A program made the translations under genes and the position numbers. From Curvularia clavata (taxonomy: Eukaryota): a stretch of 64,000 bases of DNA. The notes under the pieces are model-generated. The model saw only the letters and a program-made list of their open reading frames with translations. It was not told the origin of the DNA and ran no database searches. Position 1 is the stretch's first letter. Each line of letters opens with the position of its first letter. The stretch is taken from assembly GCA_023920165.1 (NCBI GenBank), contig CP089274.1:3038001-3102000 (forward strand). The letters are read 5' to 3'. Positions 1-14,225 of the stretch are shown here, piece after piece.

Positions 1-3000
1 TGGGTTGTTCATAACTTCCATGCCCATGTCCAGCCACAACGTCAGTATTTTGGGTAAAGTTTGGTAGTAGTATTTGGTCCCATAGACCGTTGATCGAACA
101 AAGTTCTCAATAACAAGCTTTATCAAACTCCCAGACAGATATTCCGGACTTTGCTTCGTGATCGGCTGTTTCTTCTCAGACTCTAATAGCTTGAGATACC
201 ACCGTCCGAGATAGTAGTGACCTTTGTCCCACCGAGGGTAGGTTTTGACACCCGTCACATACTCTTCTTTCAGCGAAACTGCCTGCGTCTGACCGGCGCG
301 GTCGAGCCATTTTGCGAGCAGCAGCTGGGCATGGCACTTAACCTTGTTCATGGGATGCTCGTCGCCTCGACCAGCAGTAGTCACCGAGATGTTAACAGGT
401 ACAGTCTCTTCTTGTTGGAATGCGTTACCATCGATAGCACCACGCAAATGTTGAATCGCTTTGCGATGATGGCCTTCTTTCCAAAGCAATTTTGAGTATT
501 CGATTTTCGATGCATTGTCCCCAAGTTTCTCGGCATGGAGTACGGAGTTGAATGCAGTCGTCATGAAGTCGCCCTTGCGAGCAAGCCGTGCTGTGGTGAG
601 CCATGCAGACGCAATGTCGAGTTTAGTGAACTCGACGCTAATATCAGTCAGTAAAAATGCCCGGCGATGCTCAAGAATTGTACCTACCGAGACAGTGTCA
701 TCACAGCGCGGCGAATCCCTAGCAGATATTGCTTGTCTGACGTATAGGCCCCAACAATGTCTAACCGCTGGTCTAATCTTTTCAAAATCCATTCACGAGC
801 TCTATCCTCTTCTAAACCGCTTATAACCTCGATTTCGTAGAGTGCATGAAGTTTGACTAGATACTCGTGTGAAGCCTGGACAGAAGTAGTTGTTGAGGGT
901 GTCAAGCTCTTTGCTACAAGCTCTCTGAGCTGTGCAATGATGCGTTGAAACGTGGAAATCTCGTTCCGACGAAGTGCTAATAGTGCATGGCCTACCCCGA
1001 CATTGAAATCTAACAAATTGTTGGAGTCTGTGCCGTGAGAGGTGCCAAGAAGACGCTCGAGTTGTTCCCATTTGCCAGCTGACCAAGCTGCCTCTGCAGC
1101 GAAAGGCAGCGTTTTGCTTGAAAATGAATTGTTAGCGCAAAACCCATCCACATAGTTGAGAATCGAATCTAAGTTTGATGTCAGCTAAGCATTTTGTAAA
1201 CTCGCTTCCGTACATACCATGTTGACCCGACTCTTTTAAACACATCAGAAGGTTGATCTGGGTTTCGACGTCGTTTGGTTTCTCCGCGAGTGCAATTTCA
1301 TACCAGCTCTGGGCCGCCGTCCATCGACCAGCTTTGCGATCTTCGATTATCTGCTGTTCCGGATTGAGTACCTTGAGGTGAGCCGATATTCCCTCAATGC
1401 TGTCTGGCTCCTCGATGTGAGCATAGATCATCTGCAGGTGTTGCAAAAGCTCGTCCTTCTCTGAGAAGGGTTGGTTTGAGTCGGCCTTTACATCTCGCTG
1501 CTGGCGATAGTATTGCTCCCAGTGGAATAAAGCCCGAGCATATGAGCCACATTCTACAGCTCTTCTCGATATTATCTCTGCAGGAATAAGTTGTAGTATG
1601 CCCTCCACACGACTGACTTGCTTTATGGCGTTCATCTCGTCATTCTCGTGAACACCCCGACCGGTCTTGCCTGCCATTGCCCTGGCATCTGACAACGATT
1701 TTCGCTTTTCCTGTAACCACAGAGAAAGGTAGTCAAGTGTCTGGAACACGTTCTGCAAAAATTTAGCAAAGTCTTCTACACAATAATTTCAGATATTCTT
1801 ACCTCGCTGCATTGCTTGATCGCAGCGGCTTCAAGCTGGTCCGTATTTTGTAAATCAGCTTGGAGTACTTGCAAGAGTTCATGACCAACGTTCGCCATAT
1901 TCTCCTCGTTATCAGACACGATGACATTCAAGGCCGCAAAAGGAAGGATGAAGGTGGCGATTGAAAGATCGTAGCCCCTAATGATCCTGGCCAGAACCGG
2001 AAAAACCATCTCAACATTGACGCCTTGCCCTTTACGCAGCAAGTCATACACAAATGTCTGGAGCCATGATGCGTGGCTAAGTCCTGGACGAAAGATGGGA
2101 TACTTAGCGCCCTCATATTGCAAAGCAGGATTCATATTGACGGAGTACTTTGAATCTAGGAAGGGTGTCAATACAGTCCTCACAGCTTCTGGAATACTGT
2201 TCCAACGCTGTGCTTCTGTGCTGTTCTGAGATGAGCGAGGCTTCGCTCCACGCAGAGCACTGAAACCGCAATGCTTGAGCATCTCCTGCATGACATAGGC
2301 GATCCATCCTTGTGCCTTGGCGTTTGTTGTAGAAAGGAAGACCTTGACAAGGACCTGTTCAAGAAGGAGGGCCACAAAGTCAATGTCTTCGTCTCTCCGT
2401 GAGAAGTTCGATAGCATCAATACCCGTTTCTTCTCACGCACTGTCTCTACTCGGTAGGGATCAAGACCACCAACAATTCCAAGGCACTGGGCACATAGAA
2501 TCGTGATATCGAAATGGTCTTCAGAGAATCGAACGCTAGCATCAAGGAGAGACCTTGTCAATGCTGCCAATACCGGAAGTGGCTTCTGGCCGACTACTGA
2601 CGGATGCAACTCTCCCTGTTTTTTATCCAGGAAAGGCACCAGCTCTTTTAGTGTCTGTCGCACTACGACTGAGTTTTGATCTTTGCACCGATTGCTGAAA
2701 GCATGGAAAACCTTGATCGTCTCTTCCATATTTTTGAACTTCACTAGCTCTCCTTCAATTTTGGAGAACGTTGGAATACCTTTCAATGAAGGAAGGTATT
2801 CAATTCGTGCTCGGAGTTGTGCATTGTTTTGAACAATGATGTTTTGGATAGTCTTGTAGGCCTTGTCGCGAGTGTCTGCTGAGAAGCGGGACCAATGTTG
2901 TACAATCAATGCAAAAGTCTGATCAACAACTAGCATTACCTCATCCGCATCGAGAGCTGATAGGAAAGCCGACCAGACATTGAATGCCTCATCACAAAGG

Positions 3001-6000
3001 TGAGGATCTGCCATGGCTGACTGCAGACAAGCGCGGATCTGCGGCAAAGCTCCGTTTACACTGTAACGAGCGAGGCTGATGAGATCACCAATGGCGACTA
3101 TACACCTCCTCCGCTCAGGTATGGCATGCGGTACGGCTTTGCCGGGAGAGTTTGGCGTCTCAATAACATTCGAGAAATATGCTATGATGCCTAGGATGTG
3201 TGTTTCGCAAAAGGCATCCAGGTTCTTGGATTTGGAGGTGGACTTGCGCGAACCTGACTTCGTATCAGGTGCAAGCATTGCGAGCGTGGTAAACCCATTG
3301 TAGAACGGCTTCTTTCTCACCCCCTCTTGATCAGCAGCTAGTAGAAGTATTTCGATAGCAATGCCAGTGATGTCCAGTGCAACCCAGGACTCAAGTCTGT
3401 TATTGTTGCCGTCGCGAATAGCCGGTTCGACGGCAGCCAGTGTCTCCATTGCAGTGCTTTCAACATCGGCTACGGGTTGCGACAGAAGCAAAGCTAATAT
3501 CTTGGCGAGATTGACTCTTGGATGTGTCAATACGTCAATGACGGAGGCCTTTCGCGCTTGAGCAATTTTCTCGATAATGTCTCTTCTTTTGCTCAGCACG
3601 AGATGGGGTAGCGTGTCTGATTGTGTTTGTACGAGGAGCTGACGGACGCTTTGCTCTGTTAGATCTGCTAGCTGTTGTGCCTTTTGGGGCTTATTGATGA
3701 TATCCTTGATAACTGAAAAGCCAATGACTTTCCAGTAAGGACCCAACAACTGCATCGTATCCATGGAAAACCCCTTTGCAAGAGACTCAAGCTCGCGATA
3801 AGCCATGCCGCATATCAGAGCGTTAGGATGGCCAAGGTATTCGATGAGATGATGCAATATAATTGGAAGCTCCAGTTCACCGCACGTGTGGGCAATGCGA
3901 CCGTAGGCCATAATGAGTGTTTCCTGATCGGACAAGACCTGTCGATTTGCAAGTGCATCGAGAAACTCTATGGTTGACCTTCGGTTCTTGTCGCGTGTAC
4001 TTGGTGACATGTCGTCGCGTAGAAAAGTCATCAGAGAGTTTGCAGCTGCGATCTTTAGTTCTCGTAGCGATCTGCTCATACATGCAAGCAACCATTGTCC
4101 CAGCTCACACTTCTCCAAGTCCAAATACTCAGAATCCGTAATGTGGTTGAAGACCCGGCCAATAGCCACAGCCATGAGAATCCTCGATTGTGATGAAGCC
4201 TGGAATTTTGCTTGTCTTGTCATTGCAAGCATGGCAGGAATGACATTTGTCCAGTCCTGTTCATTCGCGGGGCAGTCCCAATGAACCCATTCTTTCCGCT
4301 CTTGTGGAAATTCATTGTCGCACCAAATGCAGCTGAGAGAGTCCAAATGCGATTCGGCAGGTGGCAGTCCCAGTGAATTGGAACCGGCACACCCGAGTTT
4401 TGCTAACGCGGTCAGGATGTCTTTCTGCACACGTTCATTTTGCTCTTCATGTTCCGTCATTGAAGAATATCTTGTTCTTAGAAAAAGTAAGCATCATGGA
4501 AGAAAAAAGCCGGGTTAGCTTACTGAATGGTGTTCGCCAAACCGGTTGTATTAAGCACCCGTGAGTCTGGAGTACTGCCGTTCACAATCATTATAAGCCG
4601 ATTATAAAGAGCGTCATAGTTCTCATGCGGCAGCGTTTTCTGTCGCTTAGTCGGTCTATCTTCATCGCCCAGGTTCAAGGCTCGGAACGCTTTTACACTG
4701 GAAGTTGACTCCTCGCGAAGCTGAGCATCCGAGAAACCTCCCGACTCATTCTCACACAGTTCTTTCCGGAGATCTGCAACGTGCATAGACCATGTGCCTG
4801 GTGAGGTCCAAAGACAAAGTGCCAGCTTGTTCTGTTAGTCAGAGAACATACAGTAGTGGCAATCACGTACCTGTAAATCTTTGTGGAGCTTTGTGACATG
4901 CTCCACGTCTTGCAACAACTTGGCCACACTCTCTTCAAGTCCGCTCTGGATAATATGTCTGCTTGCATGTGGTCGTCTCTCCGGGGTCGAATTGTCAATA
5001 TTTTGAGAAGTGAGACTGTGGCGTAGACGAGTCAAAGCCAGAGCTACTCGGGTCTGAACACTCTCTGATAACAACGGTGCATATGTAGCATCGAGAATTT
5101 CTGTAAAACTGCTAGTGACCGTTTCAGCGATCTTCAAAGAAACTGGCGACCGGGATCCAGGTGTGGATGAGCGATTGAACAATGCCTCCAACAACTGTAT
5201 GTATACGAGCATAATGCTGTCGTGTGTTGCGTGCCTCTCTGAACCTATGGTCCAACGTTTGTAGTATCGCCAAAAAGCCTGTATGCTATCCGCGGTCCAC
5301 GGTAGATGATGTTCTAGGGCAACCAACGCCAAAGGAGCCTTGCTTTGAGGCTGTGTAGTGTTTAGCACTGCAAGCAAGAGGCAGAAGCCGACGTAGATGG
5401 CCCCGTGATGGGACGGAATCGTTCGCTGTAGGTCATGAGGCAACGCAACAAATTGCTGGCTTTCCGGCCAGAAGTCATTGATAGCGCTCGAAGGTGGTAG
5501 AGATATACTGAAAGACGATGCGGGCAGCGAATCTGATTTTTCCAAGGACTCAAATTCCGAATAAACACCTGGAACTAGTCAGAAAAATAGGTTGAATTCA
5601 TGGGGAAATGGCTGACATTGTACGCAAGACTTGTACAGCTGTAGCACGGTTCTGGCTGAACGATACAGCGTAGAAGTTTGAGTTAATACGTCGAGACAAA
5701 GATGCAAAAGTCCCTGGACATGCTTGTGTACGGGTTGTAGTGTCGCATGCGTCAGCAGACCAAGGAGCTTTGGGAACAGCCAGAGAATAAGTGGAGGGCG
5801 AGGGATGCTCTCGTCATCACCTTGTTTGATACTTAAGAGCAGATGCGGCTTCTGCTGCAGGATGAACATAAGAGCTGCAATGCTGTCAATCCCCTGCTGT
5901 CTCTGCTGGTCTTGAGCGAAGGGGTCCTCTTTGAAGAGACCCTCAAGGCCTGCTTCAGCAATGACACATATGAGTGCAACAAGCTGTGGGTCAGGCTCGT

Positions 6001-6202
6001 CCGTGTTTGGGTGTTGCAGAAACTCTTTGACTAATTCGCCAAACGTGACCTTGGTATCTTCATCCCGCTGTGCATGGATGTTTGAAGCGTTATGGACAAT
6101 CTGAGCAGCAATAGTTGACGGCGGTGGGATGCCATTTGAGTGCCCACTTGTCACAGATGGCGGAGCCATCCGTTGCGTCGAGCCCCCGCCTTTGCGGGCC
6201 AT
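1..6202 (-). CDS. MEC1: ATR/Mec1/Rad3/UvsB checkpoint PIK-related kinase, multi-exon, 3'-partial (kinase domain lies beyond the left edge)
   Basis: Consecutive minus-strand ORFs (5579-6307, 4835-5545, 4520-4786, 1776-4460, 1132-1758, 684-1151) are separated by GT-AG introns. The N-terminus is MARKGGGSTQRM...PPPSTIAAQIV. It has a long HEAT-like region, 'CAQCLGIVGGLDP', and FAT-domain segments 'RAVECGSYARALFHWEQ', 'GRWTAAQSWYE' and 'AAEAAWSAGKWEQL'. Confidence 0.92.
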
Positions 6203-6731
6203 GATGGACGTAATTTTACCGGTTGGGCATGACTTGGGTATGTAAGCGAAGGGAAAGAGCAAGGGCTTCAAATGGTAAGTTTTTGTAGCTTTGCTAGGAT
6301 CGTCCACCCTTGGAATACTCTAGGGAAACTTGTACCCTCGTAGGTGAGAGTGTTCAGGACGGAAGTGGCGTATGATCAGATGCTTGAAAGTTGCCACCCA
6401 AAGATTGCTGGAGATGGCTGTCTGGTCGACGGCGAGGGGCTTTATTCTAGTCTTTGGTCTGGTCTCGTAGCGGTTGTCGCTTGTAGTAGTGGGCGATAGG
6501 GAATACGTGAGGCGCGTATCAAACAATTCACGTAGTCACGGGACGCCGCTAAGCCCTGTCTCGGGAAAGAGCGCTGCTCCGCAACTGCACCGCATCATCA
6601 ATCTTTACACAGAACTTACAACCCCGCATCCTGATTCAAACCCGCAGATTTCAGAGAGCGCGATACAGCATATCAAACCCGCATACCTTGACAAGCTGTC
6701 CGCCGGGACGTAACAGTCACAAACCCAAACT

Positions 6732-7136
6732 ATGCCCGGCCCGTTTACATCCAAGTCCTTCAGCGCCACGCTGCCCAACTCACTCGCAGCGCGCTATCGC
6801 AAATCGCTCCAGAAACATCCTTTCCTCCTCTTTGGGCTACCATTTCTCTCCACCATTGTCGCAGGTTCATTTATGCTCACACCCGCCACGGCACTGCGAT
6901 ACGAGCGATACGATCGCAAGAACCAGCAAATTACACAAGAACAAGCGATGGGTCTCCGAGGGGAGCGGAGGAAGGTCAATATGCGCGATGAGTATTACGT
7001 ATGTATAAAAGCAATGCTCAATCTCAAACTGCTTGGATTAACAATTCTACAGAGGCTGCAAGCCAAAGATCTCGAAGATTGGGAGCAGAGGCGCGTGAAA
7101 CGACTACCTGGCGAGCCAGATGGCACACTTGTATAA
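6732..7136 (+). CDS. COX16: Cytochrome c oxidase assembly protein Cox16 (intron 6999-7052)
   Basis: 'KHPFLLFGLPFLSTIVAGSFMLTPATALRYERYD' and C-terminal 'DLEDWEQRRVKRLPGE'; GTATGT...CAG intron. Confidence 0.9.
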   Translation: MPGPFTSKSFSATLPNSLAARYRKSLQKHPFLLFGLPFLSTIVAGSFMLTPATALRYERYDRKNQQITQEQAMGLRGERRKVNMRDEYYVCIKAMLNLKLLGLTILQRLQAKDLEDWEQRRVKRLPGEPDGTLV

Positions 7137-8107
7137 ACACCGTGATGCAGCTATACTCAAGCGTCTCGTCATACTTGGACTTTGGACGTAGAACTGTTGG
7201 ATGCACAGCATGTCACGTTCGATTCAAAAGCATACGTTTGCTACACCATACTCGCCGCGAAAAGCTAGGCTGGCTCCGCGGCCATTGGGAGATCCATTAA
7301 TACGGATAACTGAAAAGAGCGCGCGCGTGCATATTGCAAAATTCCGGTATTAAGTTGTATGCCGAATCTGTTCCTTTCCCAGATTGTACATAATGGAAAG
7401 TGTTGATAATGGATATGAGTGTTGAAAGTTTGAATATGCCAAAGGGCTAGAGTATGTGTGCTTAAAGATCCTTCTCAGGAAGCCAACTGTGGTCTAGAGT
7501 GAGCATGGAAACTCTGTATCGCTAGGCTACGACCTAGGACTACTCCAGCTGACCAGCTGTGTGTTCTTGTCCAGTTAGGTACCAGGGAACGACCGTGTAA
7601 CACTACTTTCATATTCGTAGAGACAGAATAGCACCTAGGTAATCAAGGATTATTACAACGCCATATTACACATCACTTCAACTGACACTCCAATATGATT
7701 GTCAATGATATTCCAAGTTGATCTATCTACTCCTCTTCATCGTGAACTCACGCGACAACTATAATTCGCGGTTCTGTATCTGACCATCGCAATATATACA
7801 AGTCAGTGTGGCGACAGTTTGCGCCAATATAGACCGATATGATCCCCTTCCTATCCCGTCAGAAGATACAGAGGAAATACTATGAGATAGCATGCAACAA
7901 TGAGACTAAAGGAAAACGGGAACAGGTATATGCCGGATATGCGTCGAGACTCGTAAACCACTGAAACCAGGCGCCGTAAACACCACACCATAACATGTGT
8001 CCAATGCTTGTGTAAAGGAAGAAACAAAGAAACCGTACTCCAAGATCCTACGCTTGCTGTGGGGATAGATGAAAATAAAAAAAAGTCTTAAACCATGCAC
8101 ATGTTTC

Positions 8108-10526
8108 TTAACTGAACATCCACTGACAGTGGCACGCGTCTGATGGATCGAGTCGTCTCTGCATCTGAGAAGGGCTTTGACGCTTGTCCTTGTTGCGTGG
8201 AGTATCTGTACTGCTGGGCTGAGCAGCAATAAACTCCTCGTAGCTCGGGTCAGACTCTTGCAACCATATCCTAATTGGGCTGTCATTTGGACCAGGTGCC
8301 GTTGTTATTTGTCCGTTGTCCAGTAGGACCATCTGTTGGCAGTAGGGTTGTGGCGAATCGGCAAGGCGGCGCTCCTCAATCTTTACAGTACGAGGATAAG
8401 GTGACATGCGTGCTGGAGGATCATCAGGAGGGGAACCTCGTCGATTCTTGCGGACTTGCGAGGCGGTCGCAGTGGGTGTGGCAGTCTCTACGACGTCGAC
8501 TGAAACAGTATCCGTTGTTGTTGCTGTAACGGTCATGGCGTTGACACCGACGGTTGATAGAGTGGATGCAGAGGGGGTGGGCCACTCAGTGGGGAATGAC
8601 GTAAATGAGGCCGCTGTTGAGTTGTCTTGTACATAAATATATCCTTCAATGTATGTGTCGTTCCAATAACAGTACCAAGGATAGTCACCGGGTTTCACTT
8701 CGAAACGTTGTCTGTACTTCACGTCTTGTCGTGGCGTGATTGCGGACCCGAGGTTGAGTTGCTCTGGTGGCAGGATTACTAGTTTATCGTATCGAGCCGA
8801 AAAATGATAAGCTGGGCCGTAGGCTTTGTAGTCCAGGTCAAGCACCAGGTCGAGAGGTTTTGTGTTTAGTATGGGGGTCTGAAGGCCATAGAGGATGCTG
8901 TTCTTTGGAACAGAAGGTCCAGCGCCCATGGACGCCACTTGTATAGTTTCACCATCAACAACGGTCTCGTTGACGGTTAGAACAAGTGGAGCAAAAGTCA
9001 TCTTGCATGACCATGCAGAGAATTGGTTCGCCTGTGTCAAACATCCTGGATTGCTTTCTTGTGGTATACCCATGGGAAGTGCAAAGGGCCCTTTGGGTAT
9101 TGAAGCCATGCCAGAAGGAGCTGCAATAGGAACAGCATCGAAGAGAGATCCGTTCTGGCCAGTGACCTGCGGTTGGCTACGAAAAGTCAGTAATTGGGAC
9201 GTTTCAGATAATTTTCAAAACTTACGCTTCCTCGTGGGGGTGACGATGTTGCTCCTCATTCTCGTCGGTGATTTGTTGCTTTGTTGCAAAGGTACCAATT
9301 GCTGCTCCAAGAGCGACAGCAAAGATGATAATAAGTACCAAGACTCCAACGGCAACTCCCATTGGAACCTTACCCCACAACTTTCTCTTATGCCACTTGA
9401 TCTTGTCTTGGGTTAACTCCGCTTTTTCTGAGAAATGGTTCTCGTTCGTCAACAATGATGCAGACGAAGAGTCGGAAGGTTCAGCTGGTATGGTGCTATC
9501 CCTTGGTGGGGAAGTAGAAGTAGCGGATGCTGCATTGCCAGTCTGAGTTTCTGGCCTTTGAGGCGGTAAACGGGCGGGTGTGACGGAAGGTAGTAGGGGA
9601 GCAGAGGCAGTGGCCGGAGCCGGTAGGGTGAATGAAGAGAGAGATGTTGAACCAAGCGGAGATACAGGGGATGGCGGAGTATTGAAGGGATCCTCAGGGT
9701 CAACCTGAGCAGGTGCGGGAACCACACGCGATGCGCTTGCCTCAGCAGCCAGGGATGCCTTAGTCGGGCCTTCCTCTGGATATCTTGAGTATGGCGGGAG
9801 CTGCTCTGTGTGGCCGTCAGGTCCGATGATATCCTGCTCCTCGCCGTCGGGTCCAAGCACTCGACGGTAGCCATTGCTCAGGCCCGGGAATCCCACGGGA
9901 ATAGCCGACTGTACCTGAGGCACGGGTGGCTGGACGGGCTCTTCTGCTGATTCTTCATCGACAATTCCGCTCTGCGAGTACATGGCATATGGATGAGCGG
10001 GCCTTTGCAATGACAATGATCGGTGTGGCTGCCGTTCTGTTGAGCTTGTCGCCACACTTAGTGGCCGAGCCATGGATAGCTGCGGATACATGCCATAGGG
10101 ATGGCTGGGGCCGGTTTCAAACGGGTTCTCTGAATTGCTCGTTGTCGCAAAAGATGCAGTGGAGCTGACCGAGTCGCGGTGCGTATGTCCAAGGGATGAG
10201 CGTTGGTTGAGTCTTTGGTTGAGCTGCGATCGGCTGTCTTGGGTCATGGGGTCGTGTACTTTGGCAGTGCTGTTTCGCGTTGCCGTCCGCCGCAGGTCGC
10301 TACTGTTGGGCTTGGACGTGGAGGTTTGTCGCTGCGGTGTCGCTATCCGGTTGTGGTCCTGGCGGTCGCTCTGCCACGTCTCGCTAGTGTTGGCTGGTCG
10401 AAAGCCATCCGATACCGAGGGCATGAAGTCGTCTTCGCTCGGATCGATTTCATTTTCATCGTCAAAGACATCGGGCTCGCTCGACCGTCGCGATGGCTCG
10501 CTGTCGTCGCTGTTGCGTCGGTCCAT
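8108..10526 (-). CDS. Uncharacterised single-pass (type II) membrane protein, about 789 aa (intron 9177-9225)
   Basis: Two long ORFs join in frame through a 49-nt GTAAG...TAG intron (2370 nt total). It has a disordered S/P-rich N-terminus with LPPY, one hydrophobic helix (VAVGVLVLIIIFAVALGAAIG) and a Cys/Trp-containing C-terminal domain. Confidence 0.8.
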
Positions 10527-12616
10527 GGCGCCAAACGGTCGTCCCTGAGAGCCACAGAGGCCCTGCGCCCCCTGTCAAGTCTCTCCCAAACAGCACTTCA
10601 ATCGTCTCTCGGTGGAATCGTGCGGGTATGGGCGCGCTCAGAAGCGATCGGCGGAGTGCGTGTAGCGAGTGTGGAGCGGGTATTGACGTGTATGGTGGTG
10701 GTGAGGTTGGGGCTATGTGTGGGAGAGAGGGCGCATCGGGCGGGTTTGGAACTTGGAAGTCTGAGACGCCACTAGTCCCAAACCGACATGTTAGCACGAA
10801 CACCCGGTCCTGGAGAAAGTCGACGAGCAGCGCAATCGACGACGTATGTCTGGACTCGCTCCTCTCCAGTCTGCGGCGCGACTGCATTGCCCTCTTGTCG
10901 CGGAGGGGCATACTTGGGTCTCCGTCGTTCGCAGCAGTCTTCACGATGATGATTACGCTATCTTGCTTGTCCCGACACGCCCATAGTAAGCAGCCATGTC
11001 TCTCCTGCATGGGCACGAAGCGGGTGCCAAGCCCCACATGAGTTCACTGCTGCTCTGACAGATTTTCAGCTTGCCGAATCTAGAGGCCGCCCGCCATGTC
11101 CGGCTTTGCTGGGTGGTTGCAGGAGTTGTGTGCTGATGCATGCAGTAGGTGATGGCGGCCCATGGCACTCGAAGGGCTCGGCGCTAGTCTTCATTTCACA
11201 TGTGCGCCTCGTGTGCTTGAGTACTCCTGGTTGCTGGCATTGCACGAGTACTTGTACATGGTGGCATCAGCCACCCAACCTTGTCTCATGGCACTGTGCA
11301 ATTGTCTGCATTGCTATGCCGACCCGCCCTTAGATCAACAGCGCGGCTTTCCCCATCGCAGTGCCCCTGTCTTTGGTGTGCCCGTCCCCAAGAGCCGTGG
11401 CTTCTTGTGTGTACTCGGAGAAGAGGTGCATATGCATCATGCATCATGCACAATGGACATGGCAACTTGTGCAAATGCGTACGTCATATCTTGCGGATGG
11501 CTTCAGGCAGTGTGTAGTGTCAAGTTTGGCCACGCTCAAGTTACCAGTCGTTGCATTCTGTCGGCCCGGTGCATTCCGCCACCTGTGTCGTTTTCCACTG
11601 GCTTGGGATACCCCATCCCCATCCATCCATGTCTGTGGGCTTTGCAAAACATCCAAACATGAATGGTATTCCGAGCATCACTTGGCTGAGTAGTGTTCCA
11701 ATCCAGTTGATGGCATCGTCCATCGGCATCGGCTTCGTCCTGATAGTTTGACTATGCGATAAGGTGCCACTAGCCATGCCCTAAGCGGCCTACGTTGTGA
11801 GATCCAGTTCATCAAGCAACATGTCGAGAAGGCTGCTGCCAGCGGCGGCGTCGTGTCAACCATGTTCCAGCACTGCCGAACCATGCCAGTCTACCGGGCA
11901 CGCTGGACGTCGAGGGACCGCCCCCAAGGACCGCATTACGCGCACCCTACGAGGCTGTGCACCTCTTGTCCACACCCTCACGACCGGCTGCAAAGGATGA
12001 TTGAGTTGCCAGGGTGAGGGGCCATGGGCTGATGGTTGTTGTGCCTGACTAGCCAGAGTTGGCGGTCCATCCCTGTATACCAGCCGGACCCTGATAGGCT
12101 GTCGGATAGTTTTGGTCCAAGAAAACGGCACGCCATCAGTGACTGCTGCGTGCCACGACAGCCGCCGCAAAAAGGGAAAGAGTGTCAGGAGGACCAAGAG
12201 AAAAAAAACTGAAACCCTCCGCTCGTGTCGGTCATGGAACATGCAGGTGAGCCGCATGCTTTGTTTTGCAGAGGTGCCGCTAAAGACCCCGACGTCGGTG
12301 TTGGCGGGCAGACCCTGGATTTCTTGGAATTTGTCGTGAAAAACCCCCGACAACAATGGCAGCGCGTGGGCCTTTGATGCTGTTGAGAACCAGAGTCTGC
12401 ACAAACTCAGTTACCGCCCCCTTATCCTACCTTGCACTCGAACCCACATCCTGCTAGCATTGCCACATAGCGATCGCCGCTACTGCTCCGGGTCTTTTCC
12501 ACGGTCGCGTAGCATCTTCCCTCTTAAACTACTTAAACCAGCGGTGTGAACTCCCCTCCTTTTACCCACTCATTCCCTTTCTCCTCTCTGCCCTCCCTCA
12601 CAAAAACACTGAAAAC

Positions 12617-14225
12617 ATGGCTACTCGTCCTTCCAACATCGGTATCAAGGCCATTGAGCTTTACTTCCCCAGCCAGGTATGTCGCTTCCCCCACTATGCT
12701 CCCGCCACTGCTGTGCCCGCCTTGTCACGCGCCCCTATTGTAGCATTGTCCTAACTAGTCGACCTGCAGTGCGTAGACCAGACTGAGCTCGAGAAGTTCG
12801 ATGGCGTCGCCGCCGGCAAGTACACTATTGGCCTCGGCCAGACCAAGATGTCCTTCTGCGACGACCGCGAGGGTGAGTTGCACCATTTCTGCCTTTCGTG
12901 GCAATCTTTTTTTGCGACGACGCCGCGCTGACCCGCCACCACGACAGACATTTACTCGCTCGCCCTGACGACCGTTTCCTCGCTCTTCAAGAAGTACAAC
13001 ATCGACCCCAAGAACATCGGCCGCCTCGAGGTGGGTACCGAGACGCTGCTCGACAAGTCCAAGTCGGTCAAGTCTGTTCTCATGCAACTGTTCGAAGAAT
13101 CCGGCAACTACAACGTTGAGGGTATCGACACTGTAAACGCATGCTACGGAGGAACAAATGCCCTGTTCAACACGGTCAACTGGATCGAGTCCTCGGCCTG
13201 GGACGGCCGCGACGCCATCGTCGTTGCTGGAGACATTGCTCTCTACAACAAGGGTGCTGCCCGCCCCACTGGTGGTGTTGGATGCGTCGCCATGCTTGTT
13301 GGCCCCGACGCGCCCATTGTTATGGAAGCCGGCCAGCGCGGCTCCTACATTAGGCACGTTTACGACTTCTACAAGCCTGATCTTACCAGCGAGTACCCCA
13401 TTGTTGACGGTCACTTCTCCATCCGCTGCTACACTGAGGCAATTGACGCCTGCTACAAGGCCTACAACGAGCGCGCAAAGACTCTGAAGTCACTACAAAA
13501 CGGCAACGGCGTCAATGGCACCAGCCAGGAGCTCGAGACCCCTGTGGACAAGTTCGACTACATGGCTTTCCACGCGCCAACCTGCAAGCTGGTAGCCAAG
13601 TCGTACGCCCGTCTGCTTTACAACGACTACCTTGCCAACCCCACCAACCCCCTGTTCGCTGATGTTCCTGCTGAGCTTCGCGACCTCGACTATGCTACTT
13701 CCATCACCGACAAGACCGTTGAGAAGACCTTCATGGCTCTTTCCAAGAAGCGCTTCGCTGCCCGCGTCCAGCCCAGCATCCAAGTCCCAACTCAGTGCGG
13801 CAACATGTACTGTGGTAGCGTCTACGGCAGCTTGTGCAGCTTGATTGCCAACATTAGCAGCCAAGATCTCCAGGGCAAGCGCATCGGCATGTTCAGTTAC
13901 GGAAGCGGTCTCGCCTCGTCGCTGTTTTCCTTCGTTGTCAGGGGCAGCACTGAGAACCTCGCCAAGCAGCTTGACATCCAGAACCGCCTTGACAACAGGC
14001 GCGTAGTCGCCCCAGAGGTCTACGACCAGGTGAGTTTCACCCACTTTTCGCATCGTTTTCCAGTCTCGTGACTAATGTATATGCTAGATGTGCGCACTCC
14101 GCGAGCAGGCTCACCTGAAGAAGGATTACACGCCCAAGGGAAATGCCGACCTCATTGCCCCTGGTGCCTACTACCTCACCGGCGTTGACAGCATGTTCCG
14201 CCGCACATACGCCATCAAGCAGTAG
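12617..14225 (+). CDS. ERG13: Hydroxymethylglutaryl-CoA synthase (exons 12617-12676, 12770-12872, 12948-14029, 14088-14225; 460 aa)
   Basis: '[19 protein letters not shown]', catalytic 'NACYGGT', 'FHAPTCKLV', 'GNMYCGS' and 'FSYGSG'; the exons sum to 1383 nt in frame. Confidence 0.97.

Noticed and set aside
10530..12600. Many overlapping ORFs in the intergenic region upstream of ERG13
   Set aside because: Their Cys/His/Arg-rich composition is typical of non-coding GC-rich promoter DNA, with no splice-supported model.
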